Source: Gammaproteobacteria bacterium | GTDB lineage: Bacteria > Pseudomonadota > Gammaproteobacteria > Eutrophobiales > Eutrophobiaceae | NCBI GenBank assembly: GCA_963422205.2 | Contig: CAXMWX010000003.1 | Coordinates: 1 to 64,000 of the forward strand | Length of the DNA stretch: 64,000 bases | Direction: 5' to 3' | Part shown: piece by piece, positions 18,940 through 28,849 of the stretch | How the letters are laid out: each line of letters starts with the position of its first letter | Numbering within the stretch: the first letter of the stretch is position 1 | Translations under genes and position numbers: made by a program | The notes under the pieces: generated by a model | What the model saw: the letters and a program-made list of their open reading frames with translations, nothing else | Database searches by the model: none | What the model was told of the DNA's origin: nothing

Positions 18940-19148
18940 GCTGAAATCAGACTCATACCGGGACTGAATAGCCACTTGTTTTTTGGCGAACAGCCCGAAC
19001 AAGGGCGTCTCTTTTTTCGCCTCCGGTGCGGCGGCCGTGGCCTGCTTGCAGCTTCTCTCTGAGCTGGGCCCTCATCTCTGCCGGCATCGTATTCAGCCGC
19101 CTGGCGCATCAGATAATGAGTCAGTGCATCAAATAATTTATCTGTCAT
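18936..19148 (-). CDS. Hypothetical 70-aa protein
   Basis: ATGA start/stop overlaps at both ends. Confidence 0.45.
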   Translation of the reverse strand: MTDKLFDALTHYLMRQAAEYDAGRDEGPAQREAASRPRPPHRRRKKRRPCSGCSPKNKWLFSPGMSLISA

Positions 19149-19276
19149 CTGCGCCTTGCTGAAGTGATTTTTTCATGCTTAACATCAGCAGCGAACCGGT
19201 ATCTGGTATGCACAACCGGCCCGATCGTAAACCGATGAAATTTGTCATTATCGATCAGCCGCTTCAGCGTAGACAT
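19145..19276 (-). CDS. Hypothetical 43-aa protein
   Basis: AGGAGG RBS before ATG 19276; stop overlaps the next start. Confidence 0.45.
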   Translation of the reverse strand: MSTLKRLIDNDKFHRFTIGPVVHTRYRFAADVKHEKITSARRR

Positions 19277-19394
19277 ATCGCCCTCCTGTTGATTTTTCGC
19301 GCCGATTTTTACTACTTTAAAAAAAATTACCATCCCGTTTGATTGTAAAGCCACGCCTTTATTTTGCAATTCGTCTGGCGGGCGGTGGGGGCTT

Positions 19395-20177
19395 TTAACG
19401 ATCAAACACCGCCACGACCGGCGCATGATCGGAGGGGCGCTCCAGCGCACGGGGGGCGGTATCGATCAGGGCAGCCTGGCAGCGCTGTGCCAGCCCATCA
19501 CTGGCGAGAATCAGATCGATGCGAAGCCCATGATTGCGACGAAAACCCGCCGCCCGGTAATCCCACCATGAGAAGCTCGCCGGCGGCTGCTCAAACAGAC
19601 GGTAAGTATCGCACAATCCCTTTGCCAGCAAACGAGCCAAGGCTTCACGTTCGGGACGGCTGCATAGAATCTTCTCATGCCATGCTGTCGGGTCATGCAC
19701 GTCCGCATCGGCCGGGGCGATATTAAAATCCCCCAGCAGAATGATCCCCGGGTAGTGTTGCATAAGGTGCTCGGTGTAGTTGTTCAGCCTCGCCAGCCAG
19801 TCCAGCTTGTAGGCATATTTCTCTGAGCCGACCTCAGCACCGTTCGGCACATACAGATTCAACACGCAGATGGTGTCAATCTCAACGGCCAGCAGCCGCC
19901 TTTGCGGATCATCAAACCCGGGCAGGCCGGTGGCCAACACCCGGGCCTTGTTTTTGCTCAACACGGCAACACCGTTGTAGGTTCTCTGGCCGCTGAACAC
20001 CGCCTCATAACCACAGCGACTGATCGCCTCCACCGGAAACTGCTCATCCTGCTGCTTGGTTTCCTGCAAGGCGAGCACATCGGGTTGATGGGTTGCCAGC
20101 CAGTCCTCTACCTGTGGCAGCCGGACGTTCAACGAGTTGACATTCCAACTGGCTATTTTCCACATCACATGCACCAC
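19395..20177 (-). CDS. xth: Exodeoxyribonuclease III
   Basis: 'IASWNVNS', 'LQETK', 'GDFN', 'SDHAPV'; true start may be a few codons downstream. Confidence 0.95.
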   Translation of the reverse strand: MVHVMWKIASWNVNSLNVRLPQVEDWLATHQPDVLALQETKQQDEQFPVEAISRCGYEAVFSGQRTYNGVAVLSKNKARVLATGLPGFDDPQRRLLAVEIDTICVLNLYVPNGAEVGSEKYAYKLDWLARLNNYTEHLMQHYPGIILLGDFNIAPADADVHDPTAWHEKILCSRPEREALARLLAKGLCDTYRLFEQPPASFSWWDYRAAGFRRNHGLRIDLILASDGLAQRCQAALIDTAPRALERPSDHAPVVAVFDR

Positions 20178-20942
20178 TCAAACACGAAAACCCCCATGCC
20201 GACGGCGCGCCAGCATATCCATCAGATACAAACCCAGGCCAAGACCGATGACAAAAACCAGCAGCAGATAGAACAGCAGGTCTGCCCGTGAGATGGTTCG
20301 CTCGCCCGCATTCAATTCCGGCAGCTTGCCGCTGCCTGTCTGCGTCATCTCCATCGCCCTGGCGAGTTCAATCTCCAGTGTCTTGTTGTCTTGTTGCAGC
20401 TGCTCCAACTCATCATACAGGGCCACATTGTCATTGTTTTGCCCGATGCGTTTTCGCAGACTGGCGAGTTCCACGGTCAGCCGACCGGTCTTCATACGCT
20501 CGGCCTTAAACTCCTGGCGTAATGTTTTATTCTCAGCGCGCAGTGCTTGCAGCGGCGGGTTACTCTCACCGCCGCCCGCCCCGGTCAGCTCACCTTGCAG
20601 TTGCCTGATCCGGGTTTCAGCGTCCGCCAGCCGCATCCTGAGCTGTTTCTCTGCCCCCGCTGCGGCCGTGCCGGGCTGGCGCACGAGATAGGAATTATCC
20701 ACCCAGCCGGCGGCCCCATCGGCGGTGCTGACATACGACATGGTCTCATCCTGCTTGATGAGGTCAAGCGCAGTGTTGCTGGAGACCATCTGGATAATCG
20801 GGCTGTTGATGGACTTATCCTGATGCAGACCAACCTGTAGCTCGCTGGTGATATACCGGGTCTCGGCCGCAAGCCCCATAAACCACGGCGGCAGGTGCAG
20901 ACAGAGGATGAGCAGCGTCTTGCAAAACGGCCGGGGCTTCAT
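20178..20942 (-). CDS. SH3-domain membrane protein (YgiM-like)
   Basis: Signal peptide, 'ETRYIT', 'GWV' SH3b, coiled coil, C-terminal TM and RRR tail. Confidence 0.75.
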   Translation of the reverse strand: MKPRPFCKTLLILCLHLPPWFMGLAAETRYITSELQVGLHQDKSINSPIIQMVSSNTALDLIKQDETMSYVSTADGAAGWVDNSYLVRQPGTAAAGAEKQLRMRLADAETRIRQLQGELTGAGGGESNPPLQALRAENKTLRQEFKAERMKTGRLTVELASLRKRIGQNNDNVALYDELEQLQQDNKTLEIELARAMEMTQTGSGKLPELNAGERTISRADLLFYLLLVFVIGLGLGLYLMDMLARRRHGGFRV

Positions 20943-23005
20943 GCGGCGGCCGGGGTGTCTTCTGTCAGCAGGCCGGCGTGTCTGAGCAAGGCATCTGTGG
21001 CAGGCCGCCGACCACGAAATTTAACAAACAAGTCCATCGGATCATACGCACCGCCCTGCTCCAGGATACAGCCAAGGAATTGTTTGCCGGTCTCCTGATT
21101 GAAAATACCGGTCTCTTCAAAGCGCGAAAACGCATCGGCTGACAGCACTTCGGCCCATTTGTAACTGTAATAACCGGCATCATAACCGCCAGCGAAGATA
21201 TGCGTAAAGCCATAGTGAAAGCGGTTGCTTGCTGGCAGGTGAATGACGGCAACCTGCTCTCGTACAGCATCCAGCAGCGCCTGAATATCGGCGGTGTCAT
21301 GGCCGCGCTTCTCCGCATGCAGGCGAAAATCGAACAGCGCCAGCTCCAACTGCCGCACCATCTGCATACCGGCCTGGAAGGTGCGCGCCTTGTCCATTTT
21401 CCTAAACAACGCCTCCGGCAGGGGGGCGCCGGTGTCATGATGGCGGGCAATAAGATCAAGTGCGGTGCGCTGCCAGCACCAGTTCTCCATAAACTGGCTG
21501 GGCAATTCCACCGCATCCCAGGGCACGCCGTTGATACCGGCGATGGCCGGATAATCGATGCAGGTCAGCAGGTGATGCAGGCCGTGGCCGAACTCATGAA
21601 ACAAGGTAATCACCTCATCATGGGTCAGCAGCGATGGCTTGTCGGCCACTGGCGGGGTAAAATTACAGTTCAGGTAGGCGACCGGGGTTTGCACGCCATC
21701 CGCGGTTTTTTTGCGTACCACGCATTCATCCATCCAGGCACCGCCACGTTTGCCCGGGCGGGCATACAGATCGAGATAAAAACTGCCGCGCAACTCGCCC
21801 GCATCATCCCTCATCTGAAAAAACTGCACGTCCTCATGCCAGGTATCGACACCGGCCACCGGCTCAATGCTCACGCCATAGAGCCGCTGCACAACGGTAA
21901 ACATGCCGCTGATGACCTGTGGCACCGGCAACCACGGCCGCAGCTCTTCCTGGCTGAAGGCAAAGCGTTTTTGCCGCAGTTTTTCCGAGTACCAGGGAAT
22001 ATCCCAGGCATTGAGCGCCGCCACACCGTACTCGCTGCGGGCAAATTCCTCTAACTCGGCATAGTCATTCATCGCCGCTGGCTTGCTGCGGGCGGCCAAG
22101 TCGCCCAGGAACTCCAGCACCTCGGCCGGAGTTCTCGCCATCTTCCTTGCCAGCGAGTAGTCAGCATGACTGTCAAAGCCCAGCAGGGCGGCCTGCTGCC
22201 GGCGCAATGCAAGTATCTCGGTCATGATCGGCCCGTTATCCCAGGTACCGGCATTCGGGCCGGTGTCCGATGCCCGGCTGTTGTAGGCCGCATACACCTC
22301 CTGGCGCAGAGCAGCATCATCGGCATAGGTCATCACCGGATGATATAAAGGAAACTCCAGCGTCACCACCCAGCCGTCAAGCTGTTTTTGTCGGGCCGCT
22401 TCAGCGGCCAGCACCTGCACCGATTCTGGCAGGCCCAGCAGGTATTTGGCATCGGTGATGTGTTTATACCAGCCCTCTGTGGCATCCATGATGTTCTCTT
22501 CGAACTGTGTCTGTAACCTGGCCAGGCGCTGGCGGATGGCCTTGAATTGCTGGCGTTGCCTGGCCCCCAGCGCCACACCGGACAGGCGAAATTCCCGCCG
22601 GGCGTTGTTCACGACTTTTCTCTGGGCGGGCGTTAATTGGTGCCACTGCGGGCCCTCTGCCAGGGCAGTATAGGCATCAAACAAGGCCGCATTCTGCCCC
22701 ATCTCGGTGGCATGATCGGTCAGCTTCGCCAGACAGCGATTGTGCGCCTCACGCAAGGCCGGGGTATCCGCCACGGCGTGCAGGTGGCTGACGGGCGAGA
22801 AGCAGCGGTACAGGCGCTCATCTGCATCCTGCAAGGGAACGATGAGACTCTCCCAGGTGTGCTGGCCGTTGCCAAGCACCTGCTTAACCACTGCCCGGCT
22901 CTCGGCCAGCAGGTGGTCAATCGCCGGTTCAATGTGTTCTGGCCTTATCTCGCTAAAGGGCGGCGTGTGGGCATCCGTCAGTAAGGGATTGTGCATGTCG
23001 TTCAC
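20939..23005 (-). CDS. prlC: Oligopeptidase A (M3 family)
   Basis: 'TLFHEFGHGLHH', 'WDAVELPSQFMENW', 'GYYSYKWAEVLSAD'. Confidence 0.96.
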   Translation of the reverse strand: MNDMHNPLLTDAHTPPFSEIRPEHIEPAIDHLLAESRAVVKQVLGNGQHTWESLIVPLQDADERLYRCFSPVSHLHAVADTPALREAHNRCLAKLTDHATEMGQNAALFDAYTALAEGPQWHQLTPAQRKVVNNARREFRLSGVALGARQRQQFKAIRQRLARLQTQFEENIMDATEGWYKHITDAKYLLGLPESVQVLAAEAARQKQLDGWVVTLEFPLYHPVMTYADDAALRQEVYAAYNSRASDTGPNAGTWDNGPIMTEILALRRQQAALLGFDSHADYSLARKMARTPAEVLEFLGDLAARSKPAAMNDYAELEEFARSEYGVAALNAWDIPWYSEKLRQKRFAFSQEELRPWLPVPQVISGMFTVVQRLYGVSIEPVAGVDTWHEDVQFFQMRDDAGELRGSFYLDLYARPGKRGGAWMDECVVRKKTADGVQTPVAYLNCNFTPPVADKPSLLTHDEVITLFHEFGHGLHHLLTCIDYPAIAGINGVPWDAVELPSQFMENWCWQRTALDLIARHHDTGAPLPEALFRKMDKARTFQAGMQMVRQLELALFDFRLHAEKRGHDTADIQALLDAVREQVAVIHLPASNRFHYGFTHIFAGGYDAGYYSYKWAEVLSADAFSRFEETGIFNQETGKQFLGCILEQGGAYDPMDLFVKFRGRRPATDALLRHAGLLTEDTPAAA

Positions 23006-23317
23006 AGGTGATGATTTAAGCTCAGAGAACAGCGACTATGGTAGCGAACAGACGGGGCAGATACCAGCCATGCCATACTGGCCAGGGCAAGGCGAAGGCA
23101 CATTGCCCATGGCAGCCGATCAAGTGATGGCAGCCGGGGTATCGGGGCGATGAGGCGCCAGCCAGCACACGAAATTCGCCCAGGCCGCTCAATAAAGTGA
23201 AAATAAAAATAATTATCATTTAATATCAATAAGTTATGTGTTGACAAGCGTCCGGTTTGCCTTATCCTTGGATACAACCATTCACCACAAGACAGAACAA
23301 CCGACAGAGAGGCCGAC

Positions 23318-23782
23318 ATGCAAGGCGACGATAAAATTATTGACTACCTCAATCAGGCGCTGAAGAACGAACTTACCGTTATCAATCAATACTTCCTGCA
23401 TGCGCGTATGTGGAAAGACTGGGGCCTGAATAAGCTGGGCGAGTATGAGCATGATGAGTCCATTGATGAGATGAAACATGCCGACCAGATTATTGAGCGG
23501 ATTTTGTTTCTGGAGGGGCTGCCGAACCTGCAAGAGTTGGGCAAGCTGTTTATCGGTGAGAACACGCAAGAGATGCTGCAATGTGACTTAAAGCAGGAAC
23601 ATATCGCCATTCCTCTGTTACGTGAGGCCATTGACCATGCAGAATCGGTCAAGGATTATGTCAGCCGTGCGTTGTTTGCGAAGATACTGGCCGATGAGGA
23701 GGACCATGTCGACTGGCTGGAGACACAGCTGGGCCTCATCGAAAAAGTCGGGCTGGAGAATTATCAACAATCCATGATGTAG
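23318..23782 (+). CDS. bfr: Bacterioferritin
   Basis: '[15 protein letters not shown]', '[10 protein letters not shown]', '[12 protein letters not shown]'. Confidence 0.97.
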   Translation: MQGDDKIIDYLNQALKNELTVINQYFLHARMWKDWGLNKLGEYEHDESIDEMKHADQIIERILFLEGLPNLQELGKLFIGENTQEMLQCDLKQEHIAIPLLREAIDHAESVKDYVSRALFAKILADEEDHVDWLETQLGLIEKVGLENYQQSMM

Positions 23783-24260
23783 ATCGCCGTACCCGCAAGG
23801 GCGGTTAGTGTTTGCCCGCCCACTTGCCTGCCCACTTGCTTGGGCGGAACACGCCCTGCCTGTATTCATCAACCATTGCCTTGCGCCAGTTGGATGATCA
23901 GCATCAAAAACATCCCGCCGGCTTCTTAAAGCAGCAACCCGCTGTTTTCATTGATTTTTTCTCTTACATCTCCAAAATTTCGCCAGCACAAGGCCATCCC
24001 TGCCCGCCTTAATCTCATCGCTCGCCCGCCGTTGCCCCCATCCGGCAACTGCCAGGCCGAACCTGTACGCCAGATGCCACCAATATTGATAAAAAACTGG
24101 AACTATTGACAATAAACTTTTGTTTCAGCTAGTATTATTCTGTACATAGTGTATGGTATACCCAGGCCAAGGGGGAGCAGACCCGGTCAGCAGACTTAAA
24201 ATCGCTCCTGAATTGCTGGCGTGCCATGACTGTAATTTTACGATGATGAGGAGAAAACCA

Positions 24261-25004
24261 ATGACGTTGCATGATGATCTTAAAACCCGCTGTGCGCTCG
24301 CCGTTCTGGTATTTTTGGGCGTATCCGCCCTTGCCCCGCCAACGGTGCAGGCCGCCCGGAGCAAAAATGACCACCAGTTCACCCTCGGCGGCGTAATCGG
24401 CCTGTCAAAGTTGACGATAAACCCCCTGTCTGCCGCCGTATCCAAGGAGAAATTCAAGGAGCACTACGGCGTGCTGGCACGCTATAAGCGCCGGGGCCAA
24501 GGCGGCATCTTCACTGGCGTGGATGTCAGCGGCTCTACCGGTTCGGGCAGGCTGACGCTCAATGCCATGCTGGCCCCCGCTACCGCTGCACAGGAGACGT
24601 ACAATACCTTGAGAACCACCACCTTCAAGACCTTCTGGAATGCCGATATTCAGGGTCGGATTGGGCGTGAATTCAACACCGGCATAGGCAGTTTCTCTCC
24701 CTATGCTGCCTTTGGTGCGGCCTTCATCTCCGCCAAGGTGCAGGGCGAGCGCCTCTCTGTGAGCGGTGGTGAGAGACGGATGATTGAGTCGACTGGTGGC
24801 TTTAATTCAACCAAGACATTCATCGGCTGGAAGGCATCATTTGGCCTTGACTACGATATTACCGAGCAGATACAACTGTTTGTGCAAGGCGAGTATGCCG
24901 ACTATGGCGAGCAGAGCTTCGGCAGCGTCAGCCCGGAGGTGGGTGATTTGAATATCGAACTGGACAGCCTCGGCGGCCGGGCCGGGGTGTTGTTTAAATA
25001 CTGA
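24261..25004 (+). CDS. Outer-membrane beta-barrel protein (OmpA/Omp25-like, 8-stranded type)
   Basis: AGGAG RBS, signal peptide, 'SPYAAFG', 'GLDYDIT', 'EYADYG', terminal 'GVLFKY'. Confidence 0.8.
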   Translation: MTLHDDLKTRCALAVLVFLGVSALAPPTVQAARSKNDHQFTLGGVIGLSKLTINPLSAAVSKEKFKEHYGVLARYKRRGQGGIFTGVDVSGSTGSGRLTLNAMLAPATAAQETYNTLRTTTFKTFWNADIQGRIGREFNTGIGSFSPYAAFGAAFISAKVQGERLSVSGGERRMIESTGGFNSTKTFIGWKASFGLDYDITEQIQLFVQGEYADYGEQSFGSVSPEVGDLNIELDSLGGRAGVLFKY

Positions 25005-25021
25005 TGCACACATGCTGATGA

Positions 25022-25060
25022 AGACTGCCGGGGCAGGGCGATGTTCCGCCCCGGCAGTCT
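25022..25060 (+). terminator. GC-rich hairpin after the OMP gene
   Basis: 13-bp perfect inverted repeat AGACTGCCGGGGC/GCCCCGGCAGTCT; no clear U tract. Confidence 0.5.
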
Positions 25061-25391
25061 CACCCGCCCGCCGAATCCGGTCGATGGTGCTGTTTCGTTT
25101 CTGCCATTTCCCCCTGGCTGCTGTCTCTGCTAATCATGGTTGCTTAACCCCCCAGGCTCATGCCGATACTTATACCAAGCCTTGAGTCATCGAGGCGATT
25201 GCGCCAACTGGCCGGGCTGTGGGCAGGCGGCGACGTTTGCGTATGTTCAGCGTAAGACAAGGAGGCCAGGCCAGCGATGGCATTTGAAATCTGGCCCAAA
25301 TGTAAACACATGTAAGCCCTGGGCGTACATCTTACCGGTGAACTGGCGGGACAAGGTGTCCAGTGCCAGCATTGACAGCAACGGACGATTT

Positions 25392-25410
25392 GCAAATAAT
25401 TCTCATTTGC
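25392..25410. promoter_or_regulatory. Fur box upstream of bfd
   Basis: GCAAATAATTCTCATTTGC, 19-bp Fur-like palindrome. Confidence 0.75.
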
Positions 25411-25462
25411 GCTAGACTTCTTATTCGTCTGTATCCTATCGGCCAAGAAGGGGGGATGTTTG

Positions 25463-25672
25463 ATGTATGTTTGCATCTGCAATGCGGTAACGGAAACGCA
25501 ACTGGAAGAGGCTATCGTGCAGGGGGCCGTGACGGTGCCGCTGCTGCGGCAGCAGTTAAACGTGGGCAGTCAATGCGGCACCTGCACTGAGTGCCTGGAA
25601 TCGTACCTTGAGTCCCGCCTTGCCCACCTGTCACTCGCCAATACCCCCGCCGAACTCGGACTTGCTACCTAA
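25463..25672 (+). CDS. bfd: Bacterioferritin-associated ferredoxin
   Basis: 'MYVCICNAVT...GSQCGTC'. Confidence 0.93.
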   Translation: MYVCICNAVTETQLEEAIVQGAVTVPLLRQQLNVGSQCGTCTECLESYLESRLAHLSLANTPAELGLAT

Positions 25673-25945
25673 CCTGTAGTGCAAATACGGGTTCAGACGG
25701 CCATTCTCAGCCGCGGCCTCTGCCTTGAGTTCAGTCATGCAGGCCAGCAGGAACAGGTGCTTGAGCAACAATTTCATGCCGTATTTTTCCGGTTGCAGGA
25801 ACTGCCCCTCCGGTATGTCGCCGTTTTCAATCAGGGCTTGCACCTGGTGTAACTCCCATTGCAACAGGGGGCGGCGGGATTCGGCATCCACTATGCTAAG
25901 GCAGGGCTGGTGGTTGATGTAACGGGCTTCGATGAGATAGCGCAT
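25631..25945 (-). CDS. Hypothetical 104-aa protein, probably Fur-regulated
   Basis: AGGAGG RBS; Fur-like box 15 nt upstream; 3' end overlaps bfd. Confidence 0.65.
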   Translation of the reverse strand: MRYLIEARYINHQPCLSIVDAESRRPLLQWELHQVQALIENGDIPEGQFLQPEKYGMKLLLKHLFLLACMTELKAEAAAENGRLNPYLHYRLGSKSEFGGGIGE

Positions 25946-25959
25946 ACGACCTCCTGAAT

Positions 25960-26022
25960 GATAATGCTTCTCATTTAAGCGCAGAAAAACAGCATTTGCA
26001 AATATAAATGAGAATCATTATT
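25960..26022. promoter_or_regulatory. Two Fur boxes in the divergent promoter region
   Basis: GATAATGCTTCTCATTTAA (25960-25978) and ATAAATGAGAATCATTATT (26004-26022). Confidence 0.8.
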
Positions 26023-26140
26023 GTTATTGGATGTTGGCAACATGTCAGTGGCGTATAGCCCTTATAACGTGCCTTGTGCCTGTCCGGTATGTGGCTGATG
26101 GCCGTGCAGGCGGTCACGTGATCTTGCAAGGAGGGATCGC

Positions 26141-27145
26141 ATGAAAAATTTCAGCGTGGTGTTGGTACTGGTGCTGGTGCTACAAACCGCAAGTGCCGCC
26201 GAGGTGAATGTCTACTCCGCAAGAAAAGAGGCGTTGATAAAACCGCTGTTTGATCGCTTTACTGCCGAGACAGGTATTGTGGTGAATCTGGTGACCGGGA
26301 AGGCCGATGCCTTGATCAAACGGCTGGAACTTGAGGGGGAGAACTCGCCTGCTGATCTGTTGATCACCGTCGATGCCGGACGTTTGCACCGCGCCCGACA
26401 GGCCGGGGTGCTGCAAGCCGTGGAATCCGAGGTATTAAACGCCAGCATACCGGCCAGCTACAGGGATCCGGCGGGTTACTGGTATGGCCTGTCTCTGCGC
26501 GCGCGCATAATCGTCTATAACCGTGAGCAAATCAACCCGGAGGCGCTGAATGACTATGAACAGCTGGCAGACAGCCGCTGGCGAGGGCAACTCTGCGTGC
26601 GCTCCTCATCAAATATTTATAACCAGTCACTGGTGGCCTCGCTGATCGCCCACCACGGGCCAGCGAAAACCGAGCACTGGGCTAGGGGACTGATCGCCAA
26701 TCTTGCCAGAGCGCCCAAGGGCGGGGATCGGGATCAGATCAAGGCGGTGGCAGTCGGGCAATGCCAGCTTGCGCTGGTGAACAGTTATTACCTGGCCGGC
26801 ATGTTACACTCCAGGCGGCCAGGTGAGGCGGATGCCGCCGGGCGGGTTGGGCTGTTCTGGCCGAATCAGACAGGGCGCGGGGCGCATGTCAATATCAGTG
26901 GGGCGGGGGTGGTGGCGGCGGCAAAAAATCCATCGGCAGCGGTGCATCTTCTGGAGTATCTTGTCAGCGATGCCGCCCAAAAATGGTATGCCGACAGCAA
27001 CCATGAGCTACCGATTACGCCCGGCCTTAAACACAACGACCGGCTGGCATGGGGGACATTCAAAGCCGATGATCTCAACATGGCCGCCCTGGGGGAATTC
27101 AATGCCGAGGCGGTCAGGATCATGGATCGAGCGGGTTGGAAATAA
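26141..27145 (+). CDS. fbpA: Fe(III) ABC transporter substrate-binding protein (FutA/FbpA)
   Basis: 'VNVYSAR', 'SPADLLITVDAG', 'NSYYL', 'HVNISG'. Confidence 0.92.
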   Translation: MKNFSVVLVLVLVLQTASAAEVNVYSARKEALIKPLFDRFTAETGIVVNLVTGKADALIKRLELEGENSPADLLITVDAGRLHRARQAGVLQAVESEVLNASIPASYRDPAGYWYGLSLRARIIVYNREQINPEALNDYEQLADSRWRGQLCVRSSSNIYNQSLVASLIAHHGPAKTEHWARGLIANLARAPKGGDRDQIKAVAVGQCQLALVNSYYLAGMLHSRRPGEADAAGRVGLFWPNQTGRGAHVNISGAGVVAAAKNPSAAVHLLEYLVSDAAQKWYADSNHELPITPGLKHNDRLAWGTFKADDLNMAALGEFNAEAVRIMDRAGWK

Positions 27146-27163
27146 TCTCATAAACCCGATGCG

Positions 27164-28846
27164 ATGAGTGCCCACATGTCGGTCATGCCGGTTGGCTGGC
27201 GGCCGCATCTTCACGCACAGCCAGTGCTGATCGGGCTGAACATCCTGCTGTCCTGCATCTTCAGCCTGCCGATGCTGGCCATTGTCTCATCCTTATTCCT
27301 CTCCAGCGGGGATATCTGGCAACATCTTTATGCTACGGTATTGGGCGATTATATCGTCAACTCGGTTATCCTGATGCTCGGCGTCAGCCTGCTGGTGTTG
27401 CCCGCCGGTGTGCTGCCAGCCTGGCTGCTGACCATGTACCAGCTGCCGATGCGGCGGCAGTTACACTGGCTGATGTTATTACCGATGGCCATGCCAGCGT
27501 ATATCATCGCCTATACCTATACCGGTATGCTGGATGCTGCCGGGCCGGTACAGACGGCCCTGCGTTCGCTGTTTGCGCTGGAATACGGCGAGTACTGGTT
27601 TCCGGAAGTTCGCTCCCGGGGCGGGGCGATCGTGATGTTATCGCTGGTGTTGTATCCCTACGTCTATCTGCTGGCACGGGCGGCCTTTATTGAACAGTCC
27701 ATCTGCGTACTGGAAGTGGCCCGGACACTGGGCTGTAATGCAACGGCGGCGTTTTACCGGGTGGCGCTGCCGCTGGCACGACCGGCGATTTTTGCCGGGC
27801 TGTCACTGGTGTTGATGGAGACCCTGGCCGATTATGGCACGGTGCAATACTTCGGTGTGGCAACATTGACCACCGGCATTTTTCGCACCTGGTTTGGCCT
27901 AGGCAGCAGCATTGCCGCCGCTCAACTTGCGACTGTGTTGATGGGATTTATGCTCATCCTGGTGTTGCTTGAGAACCACGCCAGAGGGCAGGCAAAATAT
28001 TATCATACCAGCAGCCGTTACAGCGAGCTGAAAGCAAGGCCGCTGCGCCCGATGTATCGTTATCTTGCCTGGTCTTTTTGTATGCTGCCGGTGTTATTGG
28101 GATTTATCATACCGGCACTACAGCTTTGCCTGTGGCTGCGGCAGACTTTTGCTTACACCATCGACAAAACCTTCATGCGGCTGGTCTATCACAGCATTGA
28201 ACTGGCCCTGATAAGCTCAGCGATAGCCGGCGGCCTGGCCGTGTTGATTGCCTATACCCAGCGTATCCACAAGACGCTGCTGACCCTGCTCACCGGACGC
28301 ATCCTGAGCCTGGGCTATGCCATACCGGGGACGGTGATTGCCGTTGGCGTATTATTACCCTTTGCCTGGCTGGATAACGCCCTGTCGAGGCTTATCCATG
28401 AGGTATTCTCCGTTGAGCTGACATACTCTCTGACGGGGAGTTTATTTGTGCTGGTCTTTGCCTACCTGGTGCGGTTTTTACCCATCTCATTGAACACCGT
28501 GAATGCCGGCCTGAGTAAAATCAAACCCGCCATGGAAGAGGCGGGGCGCTCCATCGGCCACAGTGCGTTTGCCTTGCTGCATCGCCTGCACATACCCCTG
28601 ATGCGTGGCAGCCTGCTGACAGCGATGTTACTGGTGTTTGTCGATGTCTTGAAAGAGTTACCGGCCACCTTGATCCTGCGGCCGTTTAATTTTAATACCC
28701 TGGCCGTGCGCGCCTATGAGCTGGCGAATGAAGAGCGGCTGGCCGAGGTCGCCCTGCCCGCACTGGCGATTGTGATGACCGGGTTGATACCGGTGATCAT
28801 ACTCAGCCAATCCATTGCCAGGGCCCGGCCCGGGCACAACAGATAA
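27164..28846 (+). CDS. fbpB: Fe(III) ABC transporter permease
   Basis: Two EAA-loop halves, 'METLADYG', 'KELPATLILRPFNF'. Confidence 0.92.
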   Translation: MSAHMSVMPVGWRPHLHAQPVLIGLNILLSCIFSLPMLAIVSSLFLSSGDIWQHLYATVLGDYIVNSVILMLGVSLLVLPAGVLPAWLLTMYQLPMRRQLHWLMLLPMAMPAYIIAYTYTGMLDAAGPVQTALRSLFALEYGEYWFPEVRSRGGAIVMLSLVLYPYVYLLARAAFIEQSICVLEVARTLGCNATAAFYRVALPLARPAIFAGLSLVLMETLADYGTVQYFGVATLTTGIFRTWFGLGSSIAAAQLATVLMGFMLILVLLENHARGQAKYYHTSSRYSELKARPLRPMYRYLAWSFCMLPVLLGFIIPALQLCLWLRQTFAYTIDKTFMRLVYHSIELALISSAIAGGLAVLIAYTQRIHKTLLTLLTGRILSLGYAIPGTVIAVGVLLPFAWLDNALSRLIHEVFSVELTYSLTGSLFVLVFAYLVRFLPISLNTVNAGLSKIKPAMEEAGRSIGHSAFALLHRLHIPLMRGSLLTAMLLVFVDVLKELPATLILRPFNFNTLAVRAYELANEERLAEVALPALAIVMTGLIPVIILSQSIARARPGHNR

Positions 28847-28849
28847 GCG

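Noticed and set aside
23812-23845. Short tandem GCCCACTTGC repeats after bfr
   Set aside because: Two short copies only; consistent with slippage and no functional evidence.
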